A DNA stretch of 24,280 nucleotides from Cyanophora paradoxa CCMP329 (Eukaryota > Plantae > Glaucophyta), in contig QPMI01000196.1 of NCBI GenBank assembly GCA_004431415.1, forward strand, positions 1 through 24,280, given 5' to 3'. Position 1 is the stretch's first letter. Each line of letters starts with the position of its first letter. This document shows positions 10,073-20,884 of this stretch, in pieces. Made by a program: the position numbers and the translations under genes. The notes under the pieces are model-generated. The model was not told the DNA's origin, ran no database searches, and saw nothing but the letters and a program-made list of their open reading frames with translations.

Positions 10073-10296
10073 TCGATGTTATATCAATAAAATCGATTAA
10101 TTTATTTGAATTTTCACATGAATTTTCATATTTGTAAATGCATTTTCAATTAATTTAATCGATGTTATATCGATAAACTCGATTAATCGATATTGTATCT
10201 TAATTGTAGTTAATCGGAATTATATCAATAACTTCGATTGATCTTAATTGAATCCTAAATGAATCTAATCGGAATTATATCAATAAATTCGATTAA
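10073..10296. repeat. Four ~30-bp quasi-palindromic units TAATCGRWRTTATATCRATAAMHTCGATT
   Basis: Copies at about 10073, 10156, 10211 and 10266. Confidence 0.85.
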
Positions 10297-10354
10297 AATC
10301 ATGTTCTTTTCCGATTAAATCAAATAAATATTTAACTTTGTTATCATAAGTGTC

Positions 10355-10782
10355 TAAGTTGACTCACTTTTCATAAACATTTTGAACTCTTAGTCTCTTT
10401 GAATTTCTTAAGATGACTCAACTAAGTCAACTTAGTCCACTTTGTTACCATAATCAATCAGGGTGGACTCACTTTTAGATCAACTTTGAATTTCAAGCAA
10501 AATTCAACTTGGATTTCAAAAGTGGATCTTCTAAGTGGACTCAAAATGTTCACTTTTGATACATGTTAGCTCAAATCCTTACTGTTTATGGTCAGGGTTG
10601 ACTAAGTGGGGGGAGTTGACACATTTTTTCAAATCCTTTTTAGAAAACTTTAGGTCCCAAATATTTCCTGTGAAATTTGAGTCAACTCAACCCACTTAGT
10701 CAACCCTCATTGAATTCGTAACAAAATCCATATACTTTTACTACTTTTACGATTAATATGAGTCAACCTTGAGTCCACTTAA
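10355..10782. repeat. Array of GTTGAC/GTCAAC/GTGGAC/GTCCAC motifs in both orientations
   Basis: More than ten copies, including a perfect 17-bp inverted repeat at 10594-10610 / 10691-10707. Confidence 0.8.
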
Positions 10783-11054
10783 ATATAAATATAATAATAG
10801 GGGGAATCTAGGGCAGATGCTGAGTGTTATTGTAAGGAAATCGAATAGTATTCGAAATACTTGACATTGCTTAATGTAGGGTGCATTCATATTTCGGCTA
10901 CATCATACAGTAGAATTCTATTGTAACAAAAGCTACTGTAGAAAGAAAATCATTGTAGAAAGCTATTGTAGGAAAGGATATATTATATCCTTTTTTAACG
11001 ATTGCCATTGTAATAAAAAAGGTAAATTACCCTGTTTATCATTATAGAAACCCA

Positions 11055-11452
11055 TCAAAACGGGAATCTATCATGTTTATGTCTCTCAGTCTTCTCAAAT
11101 GTTAAGAAATTCATTGTTTTATCGATCTCATCTGCTACTGCTTGTGTTTTATGCTGAGCTTCTTTACCACAACTGAATATATCAATTGCTAACATGCCTT
11201 CATTGGAATAACAATGAGCTGTGCAATGGCTTTCATCTAATAGCAGAACCAATGCAAAACCAGGAGGTGATAGTTTGCCATCAAATATCTCACATGCTTA
11301 TGAACAATCCTAATACCTTGTCTCAATACTGCTTGTTCAAGGGTTCCCATAATCCAATTACCTAGGAAGCTAACATGCTCATAACCTGTTGCTATAGCTG
11401 ATTTAGCCTTGTAATCAAGCATAACATGAAAGCCTCTGTATTTAGTCTCCAT
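11055..11452 (-). CDS. speD: S-adenosylmethionine decarboxylase proenzyme, prokaryotic-type (one frameshift at about 11290)
   Basis: GFHVMLDY...PPGFALVLLLDESHCTAHCY...AIDIFSCG, containing the ESH autocleavage site and the D.F.CG motif. Confidence 0.85.
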
Positions 11453-11475
11453 TAAGAATACCTTAGAAAAATTAA

Positions 11476-11748
11476 CTAGTCAAACCTAATGCAAATATCC
11501 CTATACTCTACTCTGATTGATGAAAGTAGCTCTTTCCTGTGTGCTTGACTCTTTCTTTTGTTACAGTCCCTGCAACCTGATCCCTTCACATGATTAAAGG
11601 GATAGGTAAGGATCACCTTATTACACTGCAAACATCTAACAGATACTTTCTCTTGAGCTTTGATGTAATGTGTCTCACTGTAATCGAATTTATCTTTACC
11701 ATGAACTGTCATAGCAGCATCAATAAACTTTTTTGTTTTACTATCCAT
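11476..11748 (-). CDS. DUF723-like Zn-ribbon protein (homing-endonuclease-associated DNA-binding repeat, no nuclease domain)
   Basis: FI....VHGKDKFDYS...Y.....KVSVRCLQC......PFNHVKGSGCRDC. Confidence 0.75.
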   Translation of the reverse strand: MDSKTKKFIDAAMTVHGKDKFDYSETHYIKAQEKVSVRCLQCNKVILTYPFNHVKGSGCRDCNKRKSQAHRKELLSSIRVEYRDICIRFD

Positions 11749-11759
11749 ACTCTATATAT

Positions 11760-12595
11760 ACCAATATTCTTATGGAGCAGTATCCTGCCCAAAAATGGGA
11801 AATATCGATTTGTGCCATAGTACTCAGCATAGGTATTCTGCTTTGCAATAAAATCGGTTCTCTCAGCATATAATACACACTTGTAGATACCAAACTGGTG
11901 GCTCTCACTAAGAACTGGTAATCTTCTAACCGAAATTGACTCCATGATAAGCAATTCCAAAATTATCATATGGGTGATCACAACTGCAAAATTAGGAGTT
12001 CCACCCTCTACTTGACAAAGAGCATAAACATCTGGTGGAATATCCACAACAACCTTGTAGTGGTCACCAATCTCAACAAAGAGTCTACTACTGCTGTTTG
12101 TTCATTTACAACAATGGGGAATATCTTTATAATGTATGGGGCATTCATGCTGGGGACATAGGTTCGAATTCTTGTGTTGGGATCAATGGGATTGGGTTGA
12201 TCATTCACAAATAAAGGCGCTCCAACAGCCCCACCAACCCTAAGACCATCACCAATATAAGCTCCTCCCGATTTGCAGTTAATAGCTCCCGACCTAGATT
12301 CAAAAGAATAAGTAGACAGAGGATCTCCATAGCTATCTGGGTCTCCATAATGAGCAGAAAAGTTTGCATTTGTGACAAGTAGCTTAGTTGTCTAACTATT
12401 CCATTATTTTTATCACATCTGAGTTCCTGTAATCTCAGTTTATGGGTGAACCAAATGTATTCATTGTAGGTTGGACCTCTGTGGATTGGAGACCCTCTAC
12501 ATCATCAAAGGTAGCATGCTGTAAAACATGGTTTGCTGGGGCAGCTAATGATAGCTGTGGTGTAATAATTCGTTCAAGTGGGGTTGCTCAGCCAT
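11760..12595 (-). CDS. Putative fibre-like structural protein D (frameshifted), paralog of 12597-13453
   Basis: DDVEGLQSTE...ELRCDKNNGIV..KLLVTNANF...SGGAYIGDGLRVGG...RIRTYVP. 3' end approximate. Confidence 0.6.
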
Positions 12596-12596
12596 T

Positions 12597-13453
12597 TTAC
12601 ATTAAAGGGATATATCTTTTTATGGGTTGCTCATCAATTACATCTGGCTCCATGAAACCCTGTAACTGAAAGAGTATCAGGAGTTACACCTCTAAGAGCT
12701 GATACAGCGGCTATATCTGTTCTCAAAACCGATAAGATTATAGTATATAACCCAATATCTGTAACAAACAAGTCAAAGGTGAAATTATTATTATAAACAC
12801 AGTAGCCATAACCGAAATGATTATATCCCTGAACATTGAAATAGTATTTATGACCTACTTGATTGTTGTTGGCTCTACAAAGGGAAAGCATTGCAGATGG
12901 AATTGCAAGACCTCTCAGTACTCTTTTGGTTCCTTCAATTAATTCCGAGTTTTCAAGAGTAACAGTATATCCAATGTAAATTGAATTAATGGCTGCTGTG
13001 CGACAGGAGTATATAATCGAATTCGTTGGGGGTCTTCCACATTTTGCTCTAGAGTATCTGGGACATCATTATACGAAATTGAGGATGAGAGTTGACCTGA
13101 AACTCTGCAGCCACCCCCAATAAATGCTCCTCCTGATTCACAGTAACAGCAGCAGTATTCTATCGAAATCTAGGGCTTTCAGATCAACACTGTAAGCATC
13201 GGACCTCCATTTGTAGGTTGGAAGAAGTTTGCATTAGTCACAAAAGTCGAGTTGTTTTAACCACACCAGAATTCTTATCAGCTCTCAGCTCTTTAACTCG
13301 AATAATCGAATTCTTATCAAAGAGTTACCATTGGAATTGGGTCTCTCTGTGGATTCTAATCCACGAACCTCATCATTACTTCATGCTGGCGAAGTGCATT
13401 GCAGGGGATCCAAGGGAATATATAGGCAGTTGAACTCGATTATATTCACCCAT
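12597..13453 (-). CDS. Putative fibre-like structural protein C (frameshifted)
   Basis: DEVRGLESTE...ELRADKNSGVVKTTRL.VTNANF...SGGAFIGGGCRVSG...RIRLYTP. TAGTAA upstream of ATG 13453. Confidence 0.6.
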
Positions 13454-13489
13454 TGCTTCTTTTACTAAGAAGGAAAGAAAAATAAACTA

Positions 13490-13794
13490 CCATCAAGCCA
13501 AAGTGATTAAATTCGATCCAAGGGATTGGTAACAGTTGAAAGACTTGCAGTTGGACGTCATTGCTTTAATGTTGTTATCACACTCATTGTATTTAGCAAC
13601 AGGGTCACCATATGCAGCTTGAGCAAGGACATTAACCAAGAGTTTTTATACTCATTTACAACTGGTGAGAGCTTGTTAGTTTGCTGAATCGTTTTTTCAA
13701 CTGTTTGTAATGCGTTTACAAGGGTGATTGTATCAAAAGAAAGTGCAACAGGCTCAGTAGAATAGGTGGTTCCACCAAGAGGATAGGTCGCCAT
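13490..13794 (-). CDS. Small hypothetical protein (frameshifted)
   Basis: MATYPLGGTTYSTEPVALSFDT... starts at an ATG in AT-rich context. End uncertain. Confidence 0.5.
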
Positions 13795-16700
13795 TTATAA
13801 TACTGTGATATTTTAATTTGGTCTATTTGACTTTGGAGATTCTCACAGGTTTGTGTTAAATCTTTGCATTTTTGGGATAACTCCTTCACTGCTTCAATGA
13901 GAACCGGAATTAAACCTGTGTATGCAAGGGTCAAATAATTTTCGTGATTTTTACCTACTACTTCTGGTATGACTTTTTCGACATCTTGCGCAATCAAACC
14001 TAAGTTAACTTTCTGTTTTTCATCACCAATCTTTTTATAACTCACACCCTGTAATTTCTCGATTGCTGAAAGGGCGCCGGTTATATTTTTAATGTCGGTT
14101 TTGTATCTTATATCGCTTCCTTGTGTAAGCCATCCCCAAAAGTAAGCGTTTCCATCATTATAAAAAGCTTGCATTGTTATATCATTTCCTCCTCTAAAAT
14201 TGATGATATCGTAACCATAACCTTTAATGTATGTAGTTGATGATGAACCGAAATAAACTCTCCCATTACCTTCATCTGATGTTATCCAAGTTCCGGTTGC
14301 CCATGTGGTGCGAGCATCTTTACTATAAACATTATCCCAACTTATCATACCATTAGCGGGTGACGTTCTTCCTTTTTCTTTCGTCCAACCGATATATCCT
14401 ATGTGACATCTCCCTTTCCTTGCAACAAATCTAATATGTGAAAATGTATCACAAAAGAAAGAAGTCCATGTTAACCCATCATGCCAATCTGAATCTCCAT
14501 TATTTGAAACTGCTTGATATGTATTAACTCGCATAATGTGATGCCACCTCCCATTTCGATAACCCCCAATATCGAAATATCTGCAATTTGTCCAACACAT
14601 ATACTGAACATGACATGTTTTCATATTGGCTGGGACTTCAATTTGTGCATAATCTGAACTTGTTTGATCATCTACATTGTTGCTATAAAATCCATCAATG
14701 GGATTAGTGTAAGAAGGAACCCAACCTCCTGTCAAGATCCAACATAATAAAGACTGTAACTACCATGTCCACTCCAAGTATCAAAACCTGTAATGTTTCC
14801 AATCGAATTGGTGACATCAGTTAATGATAGATAGGATGTAGGTATATTCGGCTTACTATACACATTATTCCAATGAATATAACCAGTGTGACCACCATAG
14901 CTATGCCCAACCCATATTTTCATGAAACTAATACCCATATGTGAACCCTTCCAATTCTTGCTTGAATTCGAATCCTTACAAATCGTTCCCTAGGAAGATA
15001 GGGACATTATTCACACCACTATGGTTATCATTTGCAGACCCTGCATAAGGGTGATAATTGTTGACAGTTGTTATGAAAATCGCATTGCCTTGTCGATTTA
15101 TTCCCCAAATCTCGAAAATTCGTGTGTTGCCCCATGGTAGATGAGTTAGAAATGCTGACCCTGTGTGTAATCCATCGGGTATATTGTATTCAATCCAAGC
15201 GGAAGAGTTTGGTCATCCACTTCATTATTGTATGCATGCCCACCATAATTAAAATAGGGTTCCCAAGCTGAGCCATACCCAAATGTCCAACTTCCAGAAT
15301 AATTGTGTGGAGAACTCCCTGCAACATATCCATCGTTGGAGTGTAGCTTTGGAACAGCATTACCATTTATTTGAAGATTCGTAGTAGCATTTATAGTGGT
15401 TGCTGTAATGGTATTATTCACCCAAAGGTTACCATTGTCATAAGATTTTAATAATGCTGTATCTCCTGAATTTCTAAATTCAATCGAAACACCTTCACCA
15501 TTCCCATAACCCCTGATATATGTTGTATTACCACTACCAAACCAAAACCTTGGAATATTATCTGTTGATTTGTGCCAGTCCACAGAGTTCACTGTCAAAA
15601 GATCACCTAAAACGTTAGGGACTTCTGCCTTTGTTGCATAAGTGCCTGCAAAATCAGGTTTACTAATACATTATCCCAAGAATCATACCAACATCATTAT
15701 CTTTGCCCTCTGCCTACTCCAAACCAAAAACTCCTGTGAGATGAATGCGACCTTTTCGACCTTGAACATAAAATATACTTGTAAAACTCGCAATAATTGA
15801 TACAAACAAGATAGTATTATTTGTCCCATCATGATTTACTGACTGTATCCTTGATAATCGTTTACACGTTTTAAGAAATGCTGATTGTTATTGAGAGTCT
15901 GACCATAGATATCAAAATATCTGCCATTATACCAGGCATATGCTGAATATAAAATGATTTCATACCTGTGGGGACAGTCCACCTCATAAAACAACCGCTA
16001 CAATCTTCATCATTTTGTGTGTTGTATAACATCCTGTTTGTCCTGTTCTTGGTGACCAATTCAAATTCCAATTATTTGCGCTTCTATCTGTTGATACTAC
16101 ATCTAATTGATCGAAATCATATCCTTTTGGAATTGTGTTTCCACCAATTTGTAGACTAGTAGCGTTTACAGTTCCATTAACTGTCCCACCTGTAGAGGTA
16201 AATAATTTCCTAGAGCTGCTGTTAACTCTGCATCTGTTGTATAATTATTTAGAGTCGTTCCCAATTCACTTTCTGTTACATAGCTGCTTAAATCTGCTGT
16301 TGTAAGATACCCTTTATTGGTTAGGTAATCATCTGTGACCACACCTGAAAGGTTGTATGTGTAAGTTTTTTGCTGCCATCCTCTGATTGACTTCTAAGGC
16401 TCCACCTGATGTCGTTTTTATCCATGCAATCTCACATTTTCCATGATCATCTGTGGGTTGTCCCGCAACAGGAAGGTAGTTTACAACTTTCTCCTTGTGA
16501 ACACAATTTTAGGTCTTGCTCCATCATATGCGCTTTGATCTGTAACGTTTATTTGAATAGCTGCTGAAAAATCGGCTACTTGTCCTGTTTCACCTGGTGA
16601 TAATTCGTAACATAGATACTGGGGAAAGTATCATTTACTCCTACATTAAAATCACCATCATAAACTCCATTTACGATTGGATCCCTGGGTAATCTTACTG

Positions 16701-17262
16701 CAAGAGTTCCCTCCATTGGAGTGCCTGTTTGACCTGTAAAGTCCATTAAACTGACATAATGATCATTCAAATATAACCTTTCAGGTGTATTACTGATTGT
16801 AAAGTGTGACTCCATTGAAAACATTTCCAATCGCATTCAATTGTGCAAATACTGGTTGTTGATCGATTTCACTCCAAGGTGTCTGTGATTGCAGTTGTGA
16901 TCTGGGAATAATCATGACTGTGTGGATCAGGTGGAAAAGTAATGGTGGATTTACGATTTGCTCCCATAAATGCCCATGGGAACTGGGAGGGAATGTTAAT
17001 GGTGGATTTGTTATATGCTCCCATAAATGCTCATGTGCAAAATCTGTTATTTCATCTTTGTGTGGGTGTGGTTGTCGATCCAACCTAAAACTACATTGGA
17101 TGTAGGATGATTTGGTAGATTGCTGCAATATTCACAGTCAAAATAGTCGACTTCTAGATTACTTCCGTAAATATTGCTTGCCCATAGATTACTGGTGTAA
17201 ATGTTACTTGTATAAAGGTTACTGGTGAAAAATGTTACTTGTGACTGTAAGGTTTGTGTCAT
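13716..17262 (-). CDS. Long tail-fibre-like protein B with C-terminal peptidase S74 intramolecular chaperone (multiply frameshifted)
   Basis: N-terminal TSN repeats, H.H.W..I.NPP..FPP repeats, YLPL.GGTV motif and three copies of a ~130-aa domain, then SDIRYKTDI...LGLIAQDVEKVIPEVV...YTGLIPVLIEAVKEL and a coiled coil. The true stop is probably near 13800. Confidence 0.8.
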
Positions 17263-17268
17263 TTTTGA

Positions 17269-19295
17269 TCACAAAAGAGAAAGAATGTTTGTTAATTCAC
17301 CTTCATCAATATATCCTTGCTCTTCTAAATAATCCTCTGTGACCACTCTCGAAATAGTCTCATTGTGAATATTTTTGCAGCATCTCTGATTGGCTTCAGA
17401 ACCCCACCATAGTTTGTTTTAATCCATGCAAGCTCTGCCTTCCATAGTTATCATTTGCAGTTCCCACTATGGGAATATAGGAATATTTATCTCGACTGAA
17501 AACTATCATTGGTCTTGATCCATCTAGACTCTTACATCTGCTACATGAACCTGTATAGCAGAGTTGTAATTTTGGTAGGTTGCTGGTGTTGGGACTCTGA
17601 ATGTATCTGTGGAATGTCAGCCTCCATGTAGCTTGACACAAAGATATTTGGTATGGTTGCTCCTGGTTCAGTGTGGATATAAGAGCCTGGTAATTGTCCT
17701 AATATGAAGTGGTCTCTCATAGCTGAATTTGCAAGTGTCCCATTCACATGTACATAGTGTTCATTCAAAAAGATTCTTTCAGGGATATTACAAGTCTGGT
17801 AAAGAGAAACCCTAGGGTTGCCAAAGGCTCCACTTTGCAAACTCTGGTTGGTCATTAATCTCATCCCAAGTGTGTTCATGTTTGCTTGGTGGAAATTCTT
17901 CTGGTATTCCATCAATTTCACCCCAATCATGCTGTGATCTTCGGTGGATACTTCTGAGGTTGCCTAAGATCTCATCCAATCATGATTGTGATCCTCTGGG
18001 GGATACTTTGCAGGTTTATTATTAATTTGTTCATAATCAGGAAAGAACTCCAGATCTCAGGTCGAAATCCATCTGGTAATAATTCCTCATGGGTTCATAA
18101 GGTTGCTCATAATCAACAGCTGGTGGATCATGCCCATCTGGCAAATACTCCTCATCAGGTTCATAGTTCTGCTCATACTCAAACTCTTGGGATCTAAGCC
18201 ATCTGGTAGTATCTCCTCCTCATTGGGGTCAACTGATCATATTCATATTCTTGTGGGTCAAAACCATCTGGTAAATATTCTTCCTCATCTGGAACGAATT
18301 GATATTCATCAAGCTCTAATATATCGACTTCAGGAGGTAAATACTGCTCATCTATTTGCTTTCTGGTTCAATTATAGGTTTATTGCGAACTTGCTCCCAA
18401 CTAACAATATGCTGCCCAAAGGCTACATCTTCAGTTGCTGTGTATTCTCTCCAGGCTGTTTCTTTGGTGTTAGATCGGGTGGTCCATTGGGAAATGGAAT
18501 AGGGAATGGGACAGTAGGTCATTGGACCATAATGCTCAATGATTTCCCTTAGAGTTTTCTCACTAACAAGCTTCTCTCCATTTGCATACACATTGCTGCC
18601 ATGGATATTTCGCCATTGCCTGGTTCGAATTCCAAGGTCTTTCACATTGCTATACAAAGGCAAAAGGTGCCTATCCATTTCGACAAATCAGGATGCAAAT
18701 GGATTGCTACTGGTTGACTGGGCTACTGTTGATTGTAATGATGGCTTTTTTTGATGGACATCTTTTGGAGTAAAGAACCCAAAAGGCTCATTTCTTGCAA
18801 AGTCATATGTAATATCCTGGGGTAGACATCATTTGTGTAGGAGACCTGATTTGTATTGGCAATGGGACCCACTTGCAATACTTGGGGACCTCTGCTTTTG
18901 GAGTGCTGCCCTCATTGTAAATTCGCAAACCTGTGTTCTGTTTGCCCTGCTCATCTTGAACATTGAAAACCAAACGACCACTATCAAACCTGGAAGGTAT
19001 ATCTGGATGGGGTGCCACTGGTTTTCAGTTTCCTAGGTCTCCTTCTTGTTGCTTTATCTCTGCAACTTGGTTGCTTTCACATACCCAAACTAAAGCTACA
19101 CTGACATCCTCTTATCTGGATCAGTTTGATTCACAGATAAAGCATGCTCCCTTGATTGAGTCTTTGATGAATTATCAGAGCTGTGGTCAATTGAAACTGA
19201 ACCCTTTACTTTAATATTATCAAAGTTCACATGCTGGTGCTGCTTGCATTATCATCTTGAATGGTTTCTAGATTGGGTGGGTAATTGAAGCTCAT
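17269..19295 (-). CDS. Fibre-like protein A (multiply frameshifted), sharing a module with fibre B
   Basis: LLPLYSNVKDLG....WRNIH motif, acidic EEYLPDG repeats, KP.KYPP..H.HDW repeats, and PERIFLNEHYV / DGSRPMIVFSR blocks duplicated in fibre B. May represent more than one gene. Confidence 0.65.
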
Positions 19296-19336
19296 GGCTT
19301 TACTATATGGATTTATAAATTCCTGATAAGTAAAAG

Positions 19337-20884
19337 ATGCCTCTCAAAGTAGTTCTCAGTTTGTCAGGGGGAGGTGCAAGGGGCATTATCATAACCAGGC
19401 TGCTCAAAAGAATCGAAATCGAACTGGCAGGAGAATAATCGATCTTGTGGATCTTGTGAGTGGAACTTCCACTGGTGGGATCATTGCTATTGGGTTAAAC
19501 ATCAGGCATCCTGATAAACCAGGTGAACCTAAACTGACAGCAAACGATTTACACATATTTACCTAACTCAACTGCCCTTGATTTTCGCAAATCCTCGAAA
19601 TACATTGAAATGCCCTATTTAACACAAAGTATGATGTGGGACCTTGGAGACTGCAATCAATTCAGTTACTAGTGAATCACTAATACAGGATTCCTAAGGA
19701 CATTGTGATCACATCCTTTGATACTCAGAATATGAACCAATATTTATCACAAATGACAACAATTACAACTTTATGCCTTGTAAGATTGCTGCTAGGGCTA
19801 CTTCTGCTGCTCCTACATATTTCTCTCCTGTAAGCATTGTTGATTTCAATAGGGGAGTATATGTCTGTCTCATTGATGGTGCCATTTCGGGAAACAATAA
19901 TCCCAGTGTGTGTGGTTACAGCCATGCAAAGAAGATTTACAGTGATGATGATGACATTATAGTAATAAGCATCTCTTGTGGAGAGGTGGACCCACATTTA
20001 GAGTCTGATTATGTGGTTATGCTTATGAGACTGTAAACAGCTGGGGCATTCTCTCATGGATTGCCTCAACAGATGGAAGCCCATTGATTAACATGCTCAT
20101 GGCTGCAAGTGAGCTATCTGCCCTTGATAAGATGGAGGAGTTGTTACCCTACAACTATGATCAGGATTATGGGAGATACTATAGGTTATCAGTCCCTCTT
20201 CCAAATCATATAGTAAGCTCCCTGGATGACACATCTAAGATCCCAGACATGCTTGCATTCACTGAAACATACATTGCAGCAAACAATGATATGATTAATA
20301 AGCTTTGCAGCCTACTAGTAGCAAACTATGAACTAAAGAACCCTACAAAGGCTTACATTTCATCCACTCTCACTACATCACCTCCTTTGGATGCCATTGG
20401 TATCAGCTTGCAGATGATGCCTTTACTGCCTCATCCTCTGTGACAGGTAAAGAGCCTTTCATGGCTAGACCTTCAGCATTTGGCTGGGAAGCTGGAGCCT
20501 ATGCTCCTGAACAGATATGGGAAACCCCCACTGAATACCTTCAAGTTGCTTTTCCATATACTTTTGAACTCTCCTCTGTGATTGCCTATGGATCAGGGGA
20601 CACCAATGCTTTTATTAAGACTTTCAATGTGGCAACATCCACTGATGGGATCAACTGGTCTTTTATTCGATCAGATGGGCAAAACAAAATATATGTCTGT
20701 GAGAACATTAACAATGCTCACAACTCTGGTGATGTGGCTCTATTGAGTGGGTTCCCTCTCAGCATCAAGGATGCTTTTTACATAGGTTATTCTCTTGAGA
20801 ATAAGATATATTCGCATTTATCCCCTTGTGTATGTGAATGCTCCCACAATGAGAGTTGACTTTACAGGTGCCTTTATTCGATAA
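19337..20884 (+). CDS. Patatin-like phospholipase fused to an F5/8 type C (discoidin) domain (frameshifted)
   Basis: VLSLSGGGARG, GTSTGG, RATSAAPTYF and IDGAI..NNP, then EYLQV.F...F.V..STDGINW...RYIRIYP....MRVDFTG. Confidence 0.85.

Noticed and set aside
11280-11300. Programmed, polyamine-regulated frameshift in speD
   Set aside because: No recognisable slippery site, and equivalent indels break nearly every long gene in the window.
14320-16050. Diversity-generating retroelement TR/VR pair in the fibre gene
   Set aside because: The repeats are similar only at protein level, with no near-identical adenine-variant pair and no reverse transcriptase seen.
13716-19295. Bacterial prophage interpretation based on tail fibre, S74 and speD
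   Set aside because: No terminase, portal or HK97 capsid and no consistent Shine-Dalgarno motifs. The genes are linked to pentons and a DJR-type MCP and flanked by eukaryote-type TIR elements.
19337-20443. CBASS CapV-like defence effector
   Set aside because: No CD-NTase nearby, and the context is a virion structural module.
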